Of a stretch of DNA of 32,000 nucleotides, positions 16,465 through 25,424 are shown piece by piece (position 1 is the stretch's first letter; each line of letters starts with the position of its first letter). Source of the stretch: Caedibacter taeniospiralis (lineage in GTDB: Bacteria > Pseudomonadota > Gammaproteobacteria > Francisellales > Francisellaceae); contig NZ_PGGB02000012.1 in assembly GCF_002803295.2 (NCBI RefSeq), forward strand, positions 1 through 32,000. The letters are read 5' to 3'. The position numbers and the translations under genes were made by a program. Below the pieces are notes generated by a model. It was not told where the DNA came from. It ran no database searches and worked only from the letters and a program-made list of their open reading frames with translations.

Positions 16465-17759
16465 TGTTGGGTCTGGGGAGTAATATGGGGCAAAAGCTTC
16501 ATTATTTACGTCAAGCAGTCATGTTAATTGCACAGGAACTTGGTGAGATTAAAAAATTTTCACCGATCTATCAAACAAAAGCATTATTGCCTAATAATGC
16601 CCAGAGTAACTGGGATATTGATTATTATAATGTAGCCGTTTTAATCAGTACGACCCTCTCCCCTGAAAGGCTGCTAGATAGCATCAAGCGTATTGAAATA
16701 CAACTCGGGCGTGATCCAAATCATGCGTTTTGGTCACCAAGAGAAATTGACATTGATATTCTCTGTTACGATGACTTAGTCTATCAGAGTGAGCGGCTGC
16801 AGATCCCACATCGGTACCTGTTGGAGCGAAACTTTGCTTTACAGCCCCTCCTGGATGTATGGTCAAATTGGTGCTATTCAGAGCGCGCTATCAACCTGTA
16901 TGCCAGGCTTAAAACCATGCCAGCATTAACAATGGCACCATTTACCTTGTCTGGCAGCCAAATTATGGCAATCGTTAATTTATCGGCAGACTCGTTTTCT
17001 ACACACGCGGAAGGCGTTGTAGCGATAGAGCAATTTGCACAATATATTGTCAATCTTGTGAACTTGGGTGCGGAAGTGATTGATTTAGGTGCCGAGAGCA
17101 CAAAACCAAATGCTATTGCAAAATCAGCAGAAAATCATTGGCAGACCCTTATGCCCTATCTTGAGATTGTCAATGAGCTCGTTAAAACAAAAATACTTCC
17201 ACTTCATCTTCAGGTCAGTATTGACACGTATCATGCAGGGGTCGTTGAGAAAGCATTAGCATATGAGTGTGTGACGATGATTAATGATGTTTATGGTATT
17301 GAAGAACAAGAAATAGCAAAATTGCTCTCAAATAAACCGATAGCATATGTTTTTATGCACCAGCTGGGTAAAGCAGGTACTGAGTACTTGAGTCCAGATA
17401 GAGATCCAGTGGAGGAGCTTATTAGCTATGGGCAGGGTAAAATTACAAAACTGCTTGGCTATGGACTTAAGCGTGAGCAGTTAATTTTTGATATGGGTAT
17501 TGGTTTTGGTAAGTATCCGTATCAGGCGCAACATCTCTTGCAACATGTGGAGAAAATAAAAGCGAGTCTTGGGATAAGCCTTCTTGTCGGGCACTCACGT
17601 AAAGCTTCTGTGATGCCGTGTGTTATAGGAGCTAATAATGACCTAAAAGATCTGGCAACAGCAATGATCACCAGGTCGTTGATTCATAAAAATATCGATT
17701 ACATTCGTGTGCATAATGTCAGTTTTGCGCGCGTGGCTAAACAGTTACCCTTCATGTAG
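16452..17759 (+). CDS. folP: Bifunctional HPPK-DHPS: 6-hydroxymethyl-7,8-dihydropterin pyrophosphokinase fused to dihydropteroate synthase
   Basis: The ATG at 16452 has a GGAG RBS 5 nt upstream (the track ORF starts with TTG at 16437). The N-terminal half has VVLGLGSNMG and REIDIDIL, which are HPPK-like. The C-terminal half, from ~16950, has IMAIVNLSADSFS, DLGAESTKPNA, SIDTYH, DMGIGFGK, GHSRKA and IRVHNV, which are DHPS-like. Confidence 0.88.
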   Translation: MYQVVLGLGSNMGQKLHYLRQAVMLIAQELGEIKKFSPIYQTKALLPNNAQSNWDIDYYNVAVLISTTLSPERLLDSIKRIEIQLGRDPNHAFWSPREIDIDILCYDDLVYQSERLQIPHRYLLERNFALQPLLDVWSNWCYSERAINLYARLKTMPALTMAPFTLSGSQIMAIVNLSADSFSTHAEGVVAIEQFAQYIVNLVNLGAEVIDLGAESTKPNAIAKSAENHWQTLMPYLEIVNELVKTKILPLHLQVSIDTYHAGVVEKALAYECVTMINDVYGIEEQEIAKLLSNKPIAYVFMHQLGKAGTEYLSPDRDPVEELISYGQGKITKLLGYGLKREQLIFDMGIGFGKYPYQAQHLLQHVEKIKASLGISLLVGHSRKASVMPCVIGANNDLKDLATAMITRSLIHKNIDYIRVHNVSFARVAKQLPFM

Positions 17760-17781
17760 GGTATAGGTGAAAATTTAAGGA

Positions 17782-18249
17782 TTATTTCTTAGTGCTTTTT
17801 AGGTTATCCCAAGACTTTTGCCAGCGATCAATGTTATCTCGAGCCACAGTATTGAAATAATCACCAGGACTCATTGCAGAGCTGTTTTTTTTGCTTAAGG
17901 CTTCAGATGTCTGCTTCTGCCCCAGGTACAAATCAAGCGTTTTATTAAAACATAACACCAGTGTGTGTTGCATGTCGGTGCCATAAGACTTAATGACATG
18001 AGCTAAAAAATCATTGCTAAACATTTGTCGTGGGCTGTTCTCTTCCAGATCATTAATTATCTGCATTAATACGCTTCGGGTGATGTCCTTACCTGTTTTG
18101 TTTTCGATAACCACAATATTTTCGTGCTCAAGAACAAGCTTATGCACCCCTTCGGTAGTGATGTAGCAACTGGTTTGAGTGTCATACAAGCGCCGATTAG
18201 GATATTTTTTAATAAAGCGGATCTTGTCTTTATCATCTTGTATTTCCAT
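17782..18249 (-). CDS. phaR: Polyhydroxyalkanoate synthesis repressor PhaR
   Basis: 155 aa. IKKYPNRRLYDT..S.YIT is the PhaR N-terminal DNA-binding signature. Confidence 0.85.
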   Translation of the reverse strand: MEIQDDKDKIRFIKKYPNRRLYDTQTSCYITTEGVHKLVLEHENIVVIENKTGKDITRSVLMQIINDLEENSPRQMFSNDFLAHVIKSYGTDMQHTLVLCFNKTLDLYLGQKQTSEALSKKNSSAMSPGDYFNTVARDNIDRWQKSWDNLKSTKK

Positions 18250-18481
18250 GAGAGATTATCGCCGTATTGAAAGAGTTTGTGGTCCTAGTCTATCACAGAT
18301 CCATGCTTATCGGTAATTAAGAAAACAGATAGAGCAAGATAGGCAATAAAGAAAGTGCGAAAGAGATGATGCAAAAATCAAAGAATATTTGAGGTTAACG
18401 CAGAGAAATCTCATTATTCTTAGCGTATTTACGTATATACTAATGGGCGTCTTTGAATAAGGGATAAGATTAGGAGAAACT

Positions 18482-19585
18482 ATGTCCAAGTTAGAGCAAG
18501 AACAGCATTCAAGCGGTTTTGAACACGGTAGAATTAAAGTCATTGGTGTTGGCGGCGGCGGTGGTAATGCCGTGAGTTACATGGTGGAAAAAGGTCTGCA
18601 GGGTGCCAAGATTTACGCCTTAAATACTGACAAACAAGCACTAGATAAAAATCTTGCTCCAAATAAGGTGCAAATAGGTGAATTTATTTCTAAAGGTTTG
18701 GGTGCTGGAGCTAACCCTGAGGTGGGTTTAAAAGCAGCTCAGGAAAGTATGCATTATATTGAAGAGGCGATTGCAGATTGTGATATGTTGTTTATTACAG
18801 CAGGGATGGGGGGAGGAACTGGAACGGGTGCTGCTGGTATTATCGCCGAGGTCGCCAAACGCAAAGGTATTGTGACTGTTGGTGTGGTGACAACTCCATT
18901 TTCTTTTGAAGGGCGCAGACGTGAAGTGGTAGCAAGACAAGGAATTTCAGCACTACAGGAGCATGTCAATTCACTTATTGTCATTCCAAATGACAAACTA
19001 CGAAAATCACTGGGTGATAAGACAACCTTAATGGCTGCATTTCATGCCGCAAATGATGTTCTCTACAATGCCATGTCGTCAATGACAGGAATTATACGTA
19101 CCCCTGGGCATATCAACGTTGACTTCGCCGATGTGAAAACAGTGATGGCTTCTCCTGGTTTAGCCGTTATCGGAACGGGACACGCAAGTGGCGAAGATCG
19201 GATATTAAAAGCAGTTGACAAAGCGATTTCATGTGATTTGTTGGAAGATATTGAGCTTAGAAATGCCAAAGGTTTGTTGGTGTGTGTCACATCAAGCAAT
19301 GATATTTCACTGGGAGAGTTTACTGAACTGGGAGATAAAGTGGCAGAGATTGCTTCTGCTGATGCGCCTGTGATTATAGGAACTTCCATCAAAGAAGATA
19401 TGGGTGATGCGGTTGATATTACGATTATCGTTACGGGTTTTGATGTTGATGTCACCACAGAGCGCTATAACACGATTCGCCAGGTAAAGGCGCAACAACA
19501 GCAGGCAGGATCACTGCATTTAAGCGAAGGTCAAACTCTTGCGCGTAAAGTCAATGTGGACGGTAAGCCCGATACAAATTCTTAA
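18482..19585 (+). CDS. FtsZ paralogue: full tubulin/FtsZ GTPase core, no conserved C-terminal FtsA/ZipA-binding peptide, not in a dcw cluster
   Basis: 367 aa with an AGGAG RBS. Core motifs: IKVIGVGGGGGNAV (T1), GLGAGANPEVG, GMGGGTGTGAAG (T4 tubulin signature) and NVDFADVKTVM (T7 NxDxxD). The tail, 19445-19582, is Q-rich and ends ...VDGKPDTNS with no D-I/L-P-x-F-L-R/K motif. Confidence 0.85.
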   Translation: MSKLEQEQHSSGFEHGRIKVIGVGGGGGNAVSYMVEKGLQGAKIYALNTDKQALDKNLAPNKVQIGEFISKGLGAGANPEVGLKAAQESMHYIEEAIADCDMLFITAGMGGGTGTGAAGIIAEVAKRKGIVTVGVVTTPFSFEGRRREVVARQGISALQEHVNSLIVIPNDKLRKSLGDKTTLMAAFHAANDVLYNAMSSMTGIIRTPGHINVDFADVKTVMASPGLAVIGTGHASGEDRILKAVDKAISCDLLEDIELRNAKGLLVCVTSSNDISLGEFTELGDKVAEIASADAPVIIGTSIKEDMGDAVDITIIVTGFDVDVTTERYNTIRQVKAQQQQAGSLHLSEGQTLARKVNVDGKPDTNS

Positions 19586-19597
19586 GAAATGTGCCTG

Positions 19598-20029
19598 TCA
19601 TTTAAGCAGCAGCTGTTTTAGTTGATCAATATATATCGCTTCATCAGCTAAGGTCTGATATTTCTGTGAACTCCAGATAGACTCAGCCAGGTAATCCATC
19701 ATATCGTGCTGCACTTTATGCTCATCCTGATATTTTGCGCAAAGCTGTTGATAAATGGTCGAAATCCCAGAAGGTCGATTAGTCACCACCTGCTCTATCA
19801 AGCCAAGATGCAGACCCATGTGTAAAAATGGATTGGTTTCACCAAGTTCAGGTGGGAAGTCTTTGTCTAAATTATCCTGATTTGATAAATAATGCTGGTA
19901 TTCAGGATGACACTCAATCACTCGTGCAATTTGTGTTTCAAGAGCACTTAGCGCTTGCTTCGTTAAGTATTTGTGCCAGCTGTCAAAATATAATTTTCTC
20001 AGTTCAAGGCGATTTGAGTTAAAAATCAT
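19598..20029 (-). CDS. DUF1841 family protein
   Basis: 143 aa. HPEYQ and ETNPFLHMGLHLGLIEQVVTNRPSGI match the conserved core I recall for DUF1841. Its start overlaps the nth stop in an ATGA. Confidence 0.7.
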   Translation of the reverse strand: MIFNSNRLELRKLYFDSWHKYLTKQALSALETQIARVIECHPEYQHYLSNQDNLDKDFPPELGETNPFLHMGLHLGLIEQVVTNRPSGISTIYQQLCAKYQDEHKVQHDMMDYLAESIWSSQKYQTLADEAIYIDQLKQLLLK

Positions 20030-20664
20030 AAGTAGTCTTCTTTTTGTTTAAATTCACACAAAGCATAAATAGGGCATTGACCACATTTTGGCTTTTTTGC
20101 GGTACAAATATAGCGCCCATGCAAAATAAGCCAGTGATGTGCATTCTTTAAGAATTTTTTAGGGGTCACTTTCAGTAAGTGTTCCTCAACTTCATGCACA
20201 TTTTTGCCTGGGGCAAGATTAATACGATTAGCAATACGAAAAATATGGGTATCAACCGCCATGGTGAGTTCTCCAAAAGCAGTGTTTAAGACAACGTTGG
20301 CAGTCTTGCGCCCAACGCCTGGTAATGCCTCAAGTGATTTGCGTTCATATGGTACTTGACCATTGTGTTGCTCGATTAATATTTGACAGGTTTTAATGAT
20401 ATTTTTGGCTTTAGTTTTATACAAGCCAATCGATTGGATATATTCCATTAATCTGGTTTCACCCAAGGCGAGCATCGTCTTTGGTGTATTAGCGATAAGG
20501 TAAAGCTTATCAGTGGCTTTATTAACACTCGCGTCAGTTGCCTGTGCTGAGAGGATAACGGCAATTAACAACTCAAAGCTGGAGTTATAGCGGAGTTCTG
20601 TTGTCGGATTGGGATTGTTTTGTTGCCAAATCTCAAATATTTTCTGGCGTTTTAGCTTATTCAT
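20026..20664 (-). CDS. nth: Endonuclease III (DNA glycosylase/AP lyase)
   Basis: 212 aa. It has the HhH-GPD motif LPGVGRKTANVVL, a catalytic Lys/Asp context and the C-terminal 4Fe-4S ligands C-x6-C-x2-C-x5-C (CTAKKPKCGQCPIYALC). Confidence 0.95.
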   Translation of the reverse strand: MNKLKRQKIFEIWQQNNPNPTTELRYNSSFELLIAVILSAQATDASVNKATDKLYLIANTPKTMLALGETRLMEYIQSIGLYKTKAKNIIKTCQILIEQHNGQVPYERKSLEALPGVGRKTANVVLNTAFGELTMAVDTHIFRIANRINLAPGKNVHEVEEHLLKVTPKKFLKNAHHWLILHGRYICTAKKPKCGQCPIYALCEFKQKEDYL

Positions 20665-20673
20665 AAGATTGCT

Positions 20674-21297
20674 TTAATCCAATTTCTTTTTGGCTTTAAA
20701 GTTAGCAAGTGCCTGTTGAATATACGCCTTTTTATCAATGTTTAAATTGTTGAGCTCAATATTTTGCTGATGCTTTTGGGTTTCAGCAACTTTTTGCTGC
20801 TTCATGCGAAATTTACGCTGGTTGTGTTTTAGGCGATAGTGATTTTTCTGTGCTTCGTTTTGCTTATGACTTAAAAATTTTGGTTGCTTTTGCAAAGGCA
20901 GCTCACGCATCTCAATGCAATCCATAGGGCATGGCTCAACACATAAATCGCACCCTGTGCATTCTTCCTCGATGACGGTGTGCATTAATTTTTTAGCGCC
21001 AATGATGGCGTCCACTGGGCAGGCTAAAATACACTTCATGCAACCAATGCACAGATTTTCATTAATCCACGCAATTTGTTTGGGCTGATGTTTACCACAG
21101 CTTTCATCCAGTGCAAGAGTTTCCCTTTGAAGTAAGTGAGCAAGCTTATCAGCGCCTTCTTGAGCTCCAGGTGGGCAGCGATTATGTTTCTCACCATTTT
21201 TTATTGCTTTGGCGTAATCATAGCAATCCTGATAGCCGCACTTAGTACACTGAGTTTGGGGTAAAATGGCATCTATGGCGTCAACGGATACGATCAT
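20674..21297 (-). CDS. RnfB/RsxB-like iron-sulfur ferredoxin that lacks the N-terminal membrane helix and has a Lys-rich C-terminal tail
   Basis: 207 aa. [18 protein letters not shown]...NRCPPG is the RnfB-type N-terminal FeS domain. There are two CxxCxxCxxxCP ferredoxin motifs ([24 protein letters not shown]). The protein begins at the equivalent of about residue 40 of E. coli RsxB. No other rnf genes are in the window. Confidence 0.8.
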   Translation of the reverse strand: MIVSVDAIDAILPQTQCTKCGYQDCYDYAKAIKNGEKHNRCPPGAQEGADKLAHLLQRETLALDESCGKHQPKQIAWINENLCIGCMKCILACPVDAIIGAKKLMHTVIEEECTGCDLCVEPCPMDCIEMRELPLQKQPKFLSHKQNEAQKNHYRLKHNQRKFRMKQQKVAETQKHQQNIELNNLNIDKKAYIQQALANFKAKKKLD

Positions 21298-21361
21298 TTA
21301 ACTAACTAACTTGTCACTTTGATTTAGGCGGCATTGTAGCGTAAATCAATGAGAATATGAA

Positions 21362-21943
21362 TTATTGCTTTCGCAATAAGCAGGCGGAAACGGCACCCTG
21401 CCTGGTTTGTTTGAGTATACTGAAATGCACCAATAAGTCTGGTGGCGTTATCGTTGGATATTCGGCATAGATTAGCGCGTCTTGGCTTATGTTTTCATTG
21501 GCAAGAATAAGGGATAATGCCTCGCTTAAAAGCTCACTTTTAAAAGGGGGGTCTAGAAAAATCAGCTGATAATTGAGGCAATGCTGCACATGACTTAAGA
21601 CATTGGCGTGATAAATGTTGGCATTATCTGCGTTTAATTTATTTTTAGTATGCTCTAATTGTTTAATCGCTTGTGCATCAAGCTCAAAAAAATCACAAGA
21701 TTTTGCAAGACGTGATAAGGCTTCAAAGCCAAGAGCTCCACTGCCAGCAAAGGCATCAAGGCATTTTGCCTCAACAATGTAGGGCATAAGCCAGTTAAAC
21801 AGAGTCTCACGCAGGCGATCAGAGGTGGGGCGAAGATCGGCATTTTTGCGCGCGGAAAATTCAATGTGGTGTGCTTTATATTTTCCCGAAATAATGCGGA
21901 TTTTACTTGATGACGGTGTTGTTGTCTTAGGGGGATAAGCCAT
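21362..21943 (-). CDS. rsmD: 16S rRNA (guanine966-N2)-methyltransferase
   Basis: 193 aa. It has [32 protein letters not shown] (SAM binding) and a DPPF catalytic motif. Confidence 0.88.
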   Translation of the reverse strand: MAYPPKTTTPSSSKIRIISGKYKAHHIEFSARKNADLRPTSDRLRETLFNWLMPYIVEAKCLDAFAGSGALGFEALSRLAKSCDFFELDAQAIKQLEHTKNKLNADNANIYHANVLSHVQHCLNYQLIFLDPPFKSELLSEALSLILANENISQDALIYAEYPTITPPDLLVHFSILKQTRQGAVSACLLRKQ

Positions 21944-21948
21944 GGAAG

Positions 21949-23019
21949 TTACTCACGCATTTTCCAGAATAAAAAGCCCAGTATAACCACAAAAATAATA
22001 CTTGGAATTGCTGCCCCCCAGAAGGCGGACAGGTTATAGACTAAGCTAAAGGGACCAAAGGTCTGGTTAATAATATAGAAGCTAAAACCAAACAGCATGC
22101 CAATAATAAACTTATAGCCCAAAGCAGATGAGCGCATTGAACCTAAAGAGAAAGGAACGGCGATCAGCATGAGAATGATTAAAGACAATGGTTGGAAAAA
22201 AATCTGCCAGAATTTAAGCCAGATGCGGTTGGAGCTTTGTTGACCTTCTTTGTTAAGTTTAATGTAGTCCACTAGTTCGTTTAAATTTAAGTATTCTGTA
22301 TTTGATGTAATTATTTTTAACAGTAAAGGCGGGAGTAAATTATGCCAGTATTGCTTTTTGTCATGATAAACAATGCTGCTGTCTTTGCCAATTTGAGTGC
22401 TAGTAACATTATTGACTTGCCACTGATCGTTTTTGAAGTTTGCATTCTCAGCATGATCAATAGCAGTAAGTTGATTGCTGTCAATCGTATATTTGGTGAT
22501 GTGGTTTAACTTCCCGCTAGTATCATTTTGCCCTACATGAATGAAAGCATTACCTTCTCTGATCCATAAAGTTTGTGTGTCATACAAAACCAGAGCTTCA
22601 TTGCCGCCCGTGGCGAGCGTTTTATTTATCGTGGCTTTTTTCTGAAAGTAAGGAGCAATATAGGCGCCTGTGAGGAAAGTCAAAAAAGCCAAACCAAAAG
22701 CTGCAAGCAGAACGCCTTTGGCAATTTGCGTAATGGATTGCCCTGAGGCACGCATCACGATAAGCTCGCTGTTGTTCGCGAGGAGACCCAAGCCCATTAG
22801 TCCGCCTAAAAGTGCGCACACAGGCATGATGAGGTAAATATTAGCAGGCGCTTCATAAAGGACGTACAAAAAGGCAGAAAGGGCAGAGAAGTTTCCTTTC
22901 CCAATGTCACCTGCCTGGGCGATATAGGTGAACAAAAAGAAAATGGCAGTCAATGCCAGAATCATGATAAATGAGGTGTATAAGACGGTTGAAGCAACGT
23001 ATAAGGTTAGGCGTTTCAT
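21949..23019 (-). CDS. lptG: LPS export ABC transporter permease LptG
   Basis: 356 aa with YjgP/YjgQ permease topology (N-terminal TM bundle, periplasmic beta-jellyroll region, C-terminal TMs). It has a 4-nt overlap with the upstream lptF. Confidence 0.88.
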   Translation of the reverse strand: MKRLTLYVASTVLYTSFIMILALTAIFFLFTYIAQAGDIGKGNFSALSAFLYVLYEAPANIYLIMPVCALLGGLMGLGLLANNSELIVMRASGQSITQIAKGVLLAAFGLAFLTFLTGAYIAPYFQKKATINKTLATGGNEALVLYDTQTLWIREGNAFIHVGQNDTSGKLNHITKYTIDSNQLTAIDHAENANFKNDQWQVNNVTSTQIGKDSSIVYHDKKQYWHNLLPPLLLKIITSNTEYLNLNELVDYIKLNKEGQQSSNRIWLKFWQIFFQPLSLIILMLIAVPFSLGSMRSSALGYKFIIGMLFGFSFYIINQTFGPFSLVYNLSAFWGAAIPSIIFVVILGFLFWKMRE

Positions 23020-24131
23020 ATTTTCCCCATTTTGCCCACTTTGCTTTTGACGGCGAAAATCTGTCCGTTATATTGCTTTAAAATGAAAAGCATAACACCT
23101 GCAAAAACAAAATGCACCCACCAAAGTCCAATCCAGCCAGGGATGTTGCCATTATTTAACCATGACTTAGATAGTGAGAGGAGGTTAAAGTAAATGATAA
23201 AAACCAGGAGAGCTGGAATAATTTTGTTATAACGACTTTGTCGCGGTCGCATTTTACACATGGCTAACGCGATAAGGGATGACACCAGGATCGCAATAGG
23301 AAAGCTTAGACGCCACTGAAACTCAGCTTGGTAACGAGGATTGTCTGTATTGGTAAGCTCAGATGTGGGTACAGCTTCAACCGATGCGTTGTAGTCAAGC
23401 GTAACTTTGGATGAAATAAATTGTGTAGCCTGAGCGAACTGTCCTTTTTGTAACTCAGCACTTCCTGGTCTGGCATCATAGAAATAGCCATTTGCTAACA
23501 CCAAATATTGATCTCCATTAGCCTCTGTTTGGGCATAACCCGTTGGTGCGGTAATGATGGTACTGCCATTATTTGGCTTTTGCTGATAAATAAAAATATC
23601 ATGCATGGTACCATCACTATCGATGGATTTGGTATAAACCACTTGCTTCCCATCACTAAAAGGAATAATTTTCCCAGGCTGAACAAAACTGATCAGGGAG
23701 TTTTTTGTCGTTGTTTTTTGTACCAGAAAATAGTTTTGATCCATTTTAGGCAATATGGTGATCGTCAGAATCAGCTCAATGATAAATAAGCTAAGTGCTG
23801 GTATAAAAATAAACTTTAGCAGTTGAAACCAGCTGATGCCGCAAGCAAAGATAACCGTGAGTTCATTATTAGCAAACAGCTTGCCGTAGACTATTAAAAT
23901 GGCAAAGAAAAAACTAATGGGTAATAGATAGGCAATGTACTTAGGTAGCATGACGGAAATCATTTTGAACACCGCTCCTGCTTCGATGTTTCCTCCAGAG
24001 GCAATGGATAAGTAACGCACAAACATATTGCTGATGACGATCAAAAGCAAAATCAGAATAATTGCCATCGTCATATTAACAAGCTCACGGTTTAAGTAAC
24101 GAAGTAATATCAAAAGAGCGTCCTCTATCAA
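23016..24131 (-). CDS. lptF: LPS export ABC transporter permease LptF
   Basis: The YjgP/YjgQ-type N-terminus is ILLRYLNRELV. The track start is the TTG at 24131. The TTG at 24113, with a GAGGA RBS 6 nt upstream, gives the canonical MILLRYL start and may be the true one. Confidence 0.85.
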   Translation of the reverse strand: MIEDALLILLRYLNRELVNMTMAIILILLLIVISNMFVRYLSIASGGNIEAGAVFKMISVMLPKYIAYLLPISFFFAILIVYGKLFANNELTVIFACGISWFQLLKFIFIPALSLFIIELILTITILPKMDQNYFLVQKTTTKNSLISFVQPGKIIPFSDGKQVVYTKSIDSDGTMHDIFIYQQKPNNGSTIITAPTGYAQTEANGDQYLVLANGYFYDARPGSAELQKGQFAQATQFISSKVTLDYNASVEAVPTSELTNTDNPRYQAEFQWRLSFPIAILVSSLIALAMCKMRPRQSRYNKIIPALLVFIIYFNLLSLSKSWLNNGNIPGWIGLWWVHFVFAGVMLFILKQYNGQIFAVKSKVGKMGKI

Positions 24132-24361
24132 GTCTTTGGTTGATTAATGTAATCGCTATGCCAAAATCTTAACGCATTTTACATGAATATCCGAGAAAAT
24201 CAGCGGCGTTGCCAGCGATTTCATTGGAATATTGTGATAGATTGCATGCTGTTTAATAGGGTATTTGTTAGAGTTCCTTATTAGTCCGTCATTTTAGTTG
24301 GCGTAATCAGCGCAATTTGGTAGATTGCAGCATCAAAAGATAAGTAAAATTAAGGCATAAA

Positions 24362-25357
24362 ATGATTTTAATTACAGGTGGTACAGGGTTTATTGGTTCA
24401 CACACCGTGGTTGAATTTTTAACGGCAGGTTTGGAGGTTGTTATCTTGGATAACCTATATAACAGCAGCGCAAATATGATTGAACGGGTACAGCAAATAA
24501 CCCATATGAAGCCCGTATTTGTTAAAGGGGATATTCGTGATGAGCGTACTCTTCAGACCATATTTAAGCAATACAAAATAGAAATGGTTATTCATTTCGC
24601 TGCATTAAAAGCGGTGGGTGAGAGCGTCTTTAAGCCTTTGGAGTACTATGATAACAATGTTGCAGGAACACTGAATTTACTAAAGGTGATGCAAGAAAAC
24701 GGTGTTAAAAAGTTTGTCTTTAGTTCATCAGCAACCGTCTATGGTAATCCAGTGGAAATGCCAATTACTGAAAACTGTCCAATTGGTGTGCCAACGAATC
24801 CCTATGGCGTGTCAAAGGTGATGGTTGAAAAAGTATTACAAGATATAGCTTTTGCTGACACATCATGGTCCATTGCTTTATTGCGGTATTTCAACCCAGT
24901 TGGGGCGCATGAAAGCGGTTTGATTGGCGAGTTGCCAAACGGCATTCCAAATAACTTATTGCCTTATTTAACCCAGGTTGTCAGCGGTAAACTAGCTAAA
25001 TTACCGGTATTTGGCAATGATTACAACACCCCAGATGGGACATGTATTCGCGATTATATTCATGTCGTTGATTTGGCAATGGGACACTTAAAAGCCTACG
25101 AATATATCAAAGCTAAAACAGGTTGCTTTGTGTGGAATCTGGGTACTGGCAACGGCTATTCTGTACTTGAGGTGATCAGCGCATTTGAACAAGCCACAGG
25201 CAAAAAAGTGCCTTTTGAAATAAAACCAAGGCGTATGGGTGACATTGATGAATGTTGGGCTGATTGTAGTAAAGCCAAAGTTGAGCTCAACTGGCAAGCA
25301 ACAAGGGACATTCATCAAATGATGATTGATAGCTGGGGCTGGCAAAATCGTCAGTAA
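24362..25357 (+). CDS. galE: UDP-glucose 4-epimerase
   Basis: 331 aa. It has the Rossmann motif ILITGGTGFIGSH, the catalytic SSSATVYG and YGVSK (YxxxK), and RDYIHV. Confidence 0.93.
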   Translation: MILITGGTGFIGSHTVVEFLTAGLEVVILDNLYNSSANMIERVQQITHMKPVFVKGDIRDERTLQTIFKQYKIEMVIHFAALKAVGESVFKPLEYYDNNVAGTLNLLKVMQENGVKKFVFSSSATVYGNPVEMPITENCPIGVPTNPYGVSKVMVEKVLQDIAFADTSWSIALLRYFNPVGAHESGLIGELPNGIPNNLLPYLTQVVSGKLAKLPVFGNDYNTPDGTCIRDYIHVVDLAMGHLKAYEYIKAKTGCFVWNLGTGNGYSVLEVISAFEQATGKKVPFEIKPRRMGDIDECWADCSKAKVELNWQATRDIHQMMIDSWGWQNRQ

Positions 25358-25424
25358 TTAAAAGAATTGTACTTCCTTGTAATCTCTGCCACTATGCAGC
25401 AATGACTTTAAAAGCGAAACTTGC

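Noticed and set aside
18728-19498. Several 63-131-aa antisense ORFs inside the ftsZ-like gene
   Set aside because: They are entirely nested antisense to a gene with unmistakable FtsZ motifs, and their S/T/P/I-rich translations are typical of antisense Gly/Ala/Val-rich coding sequence.
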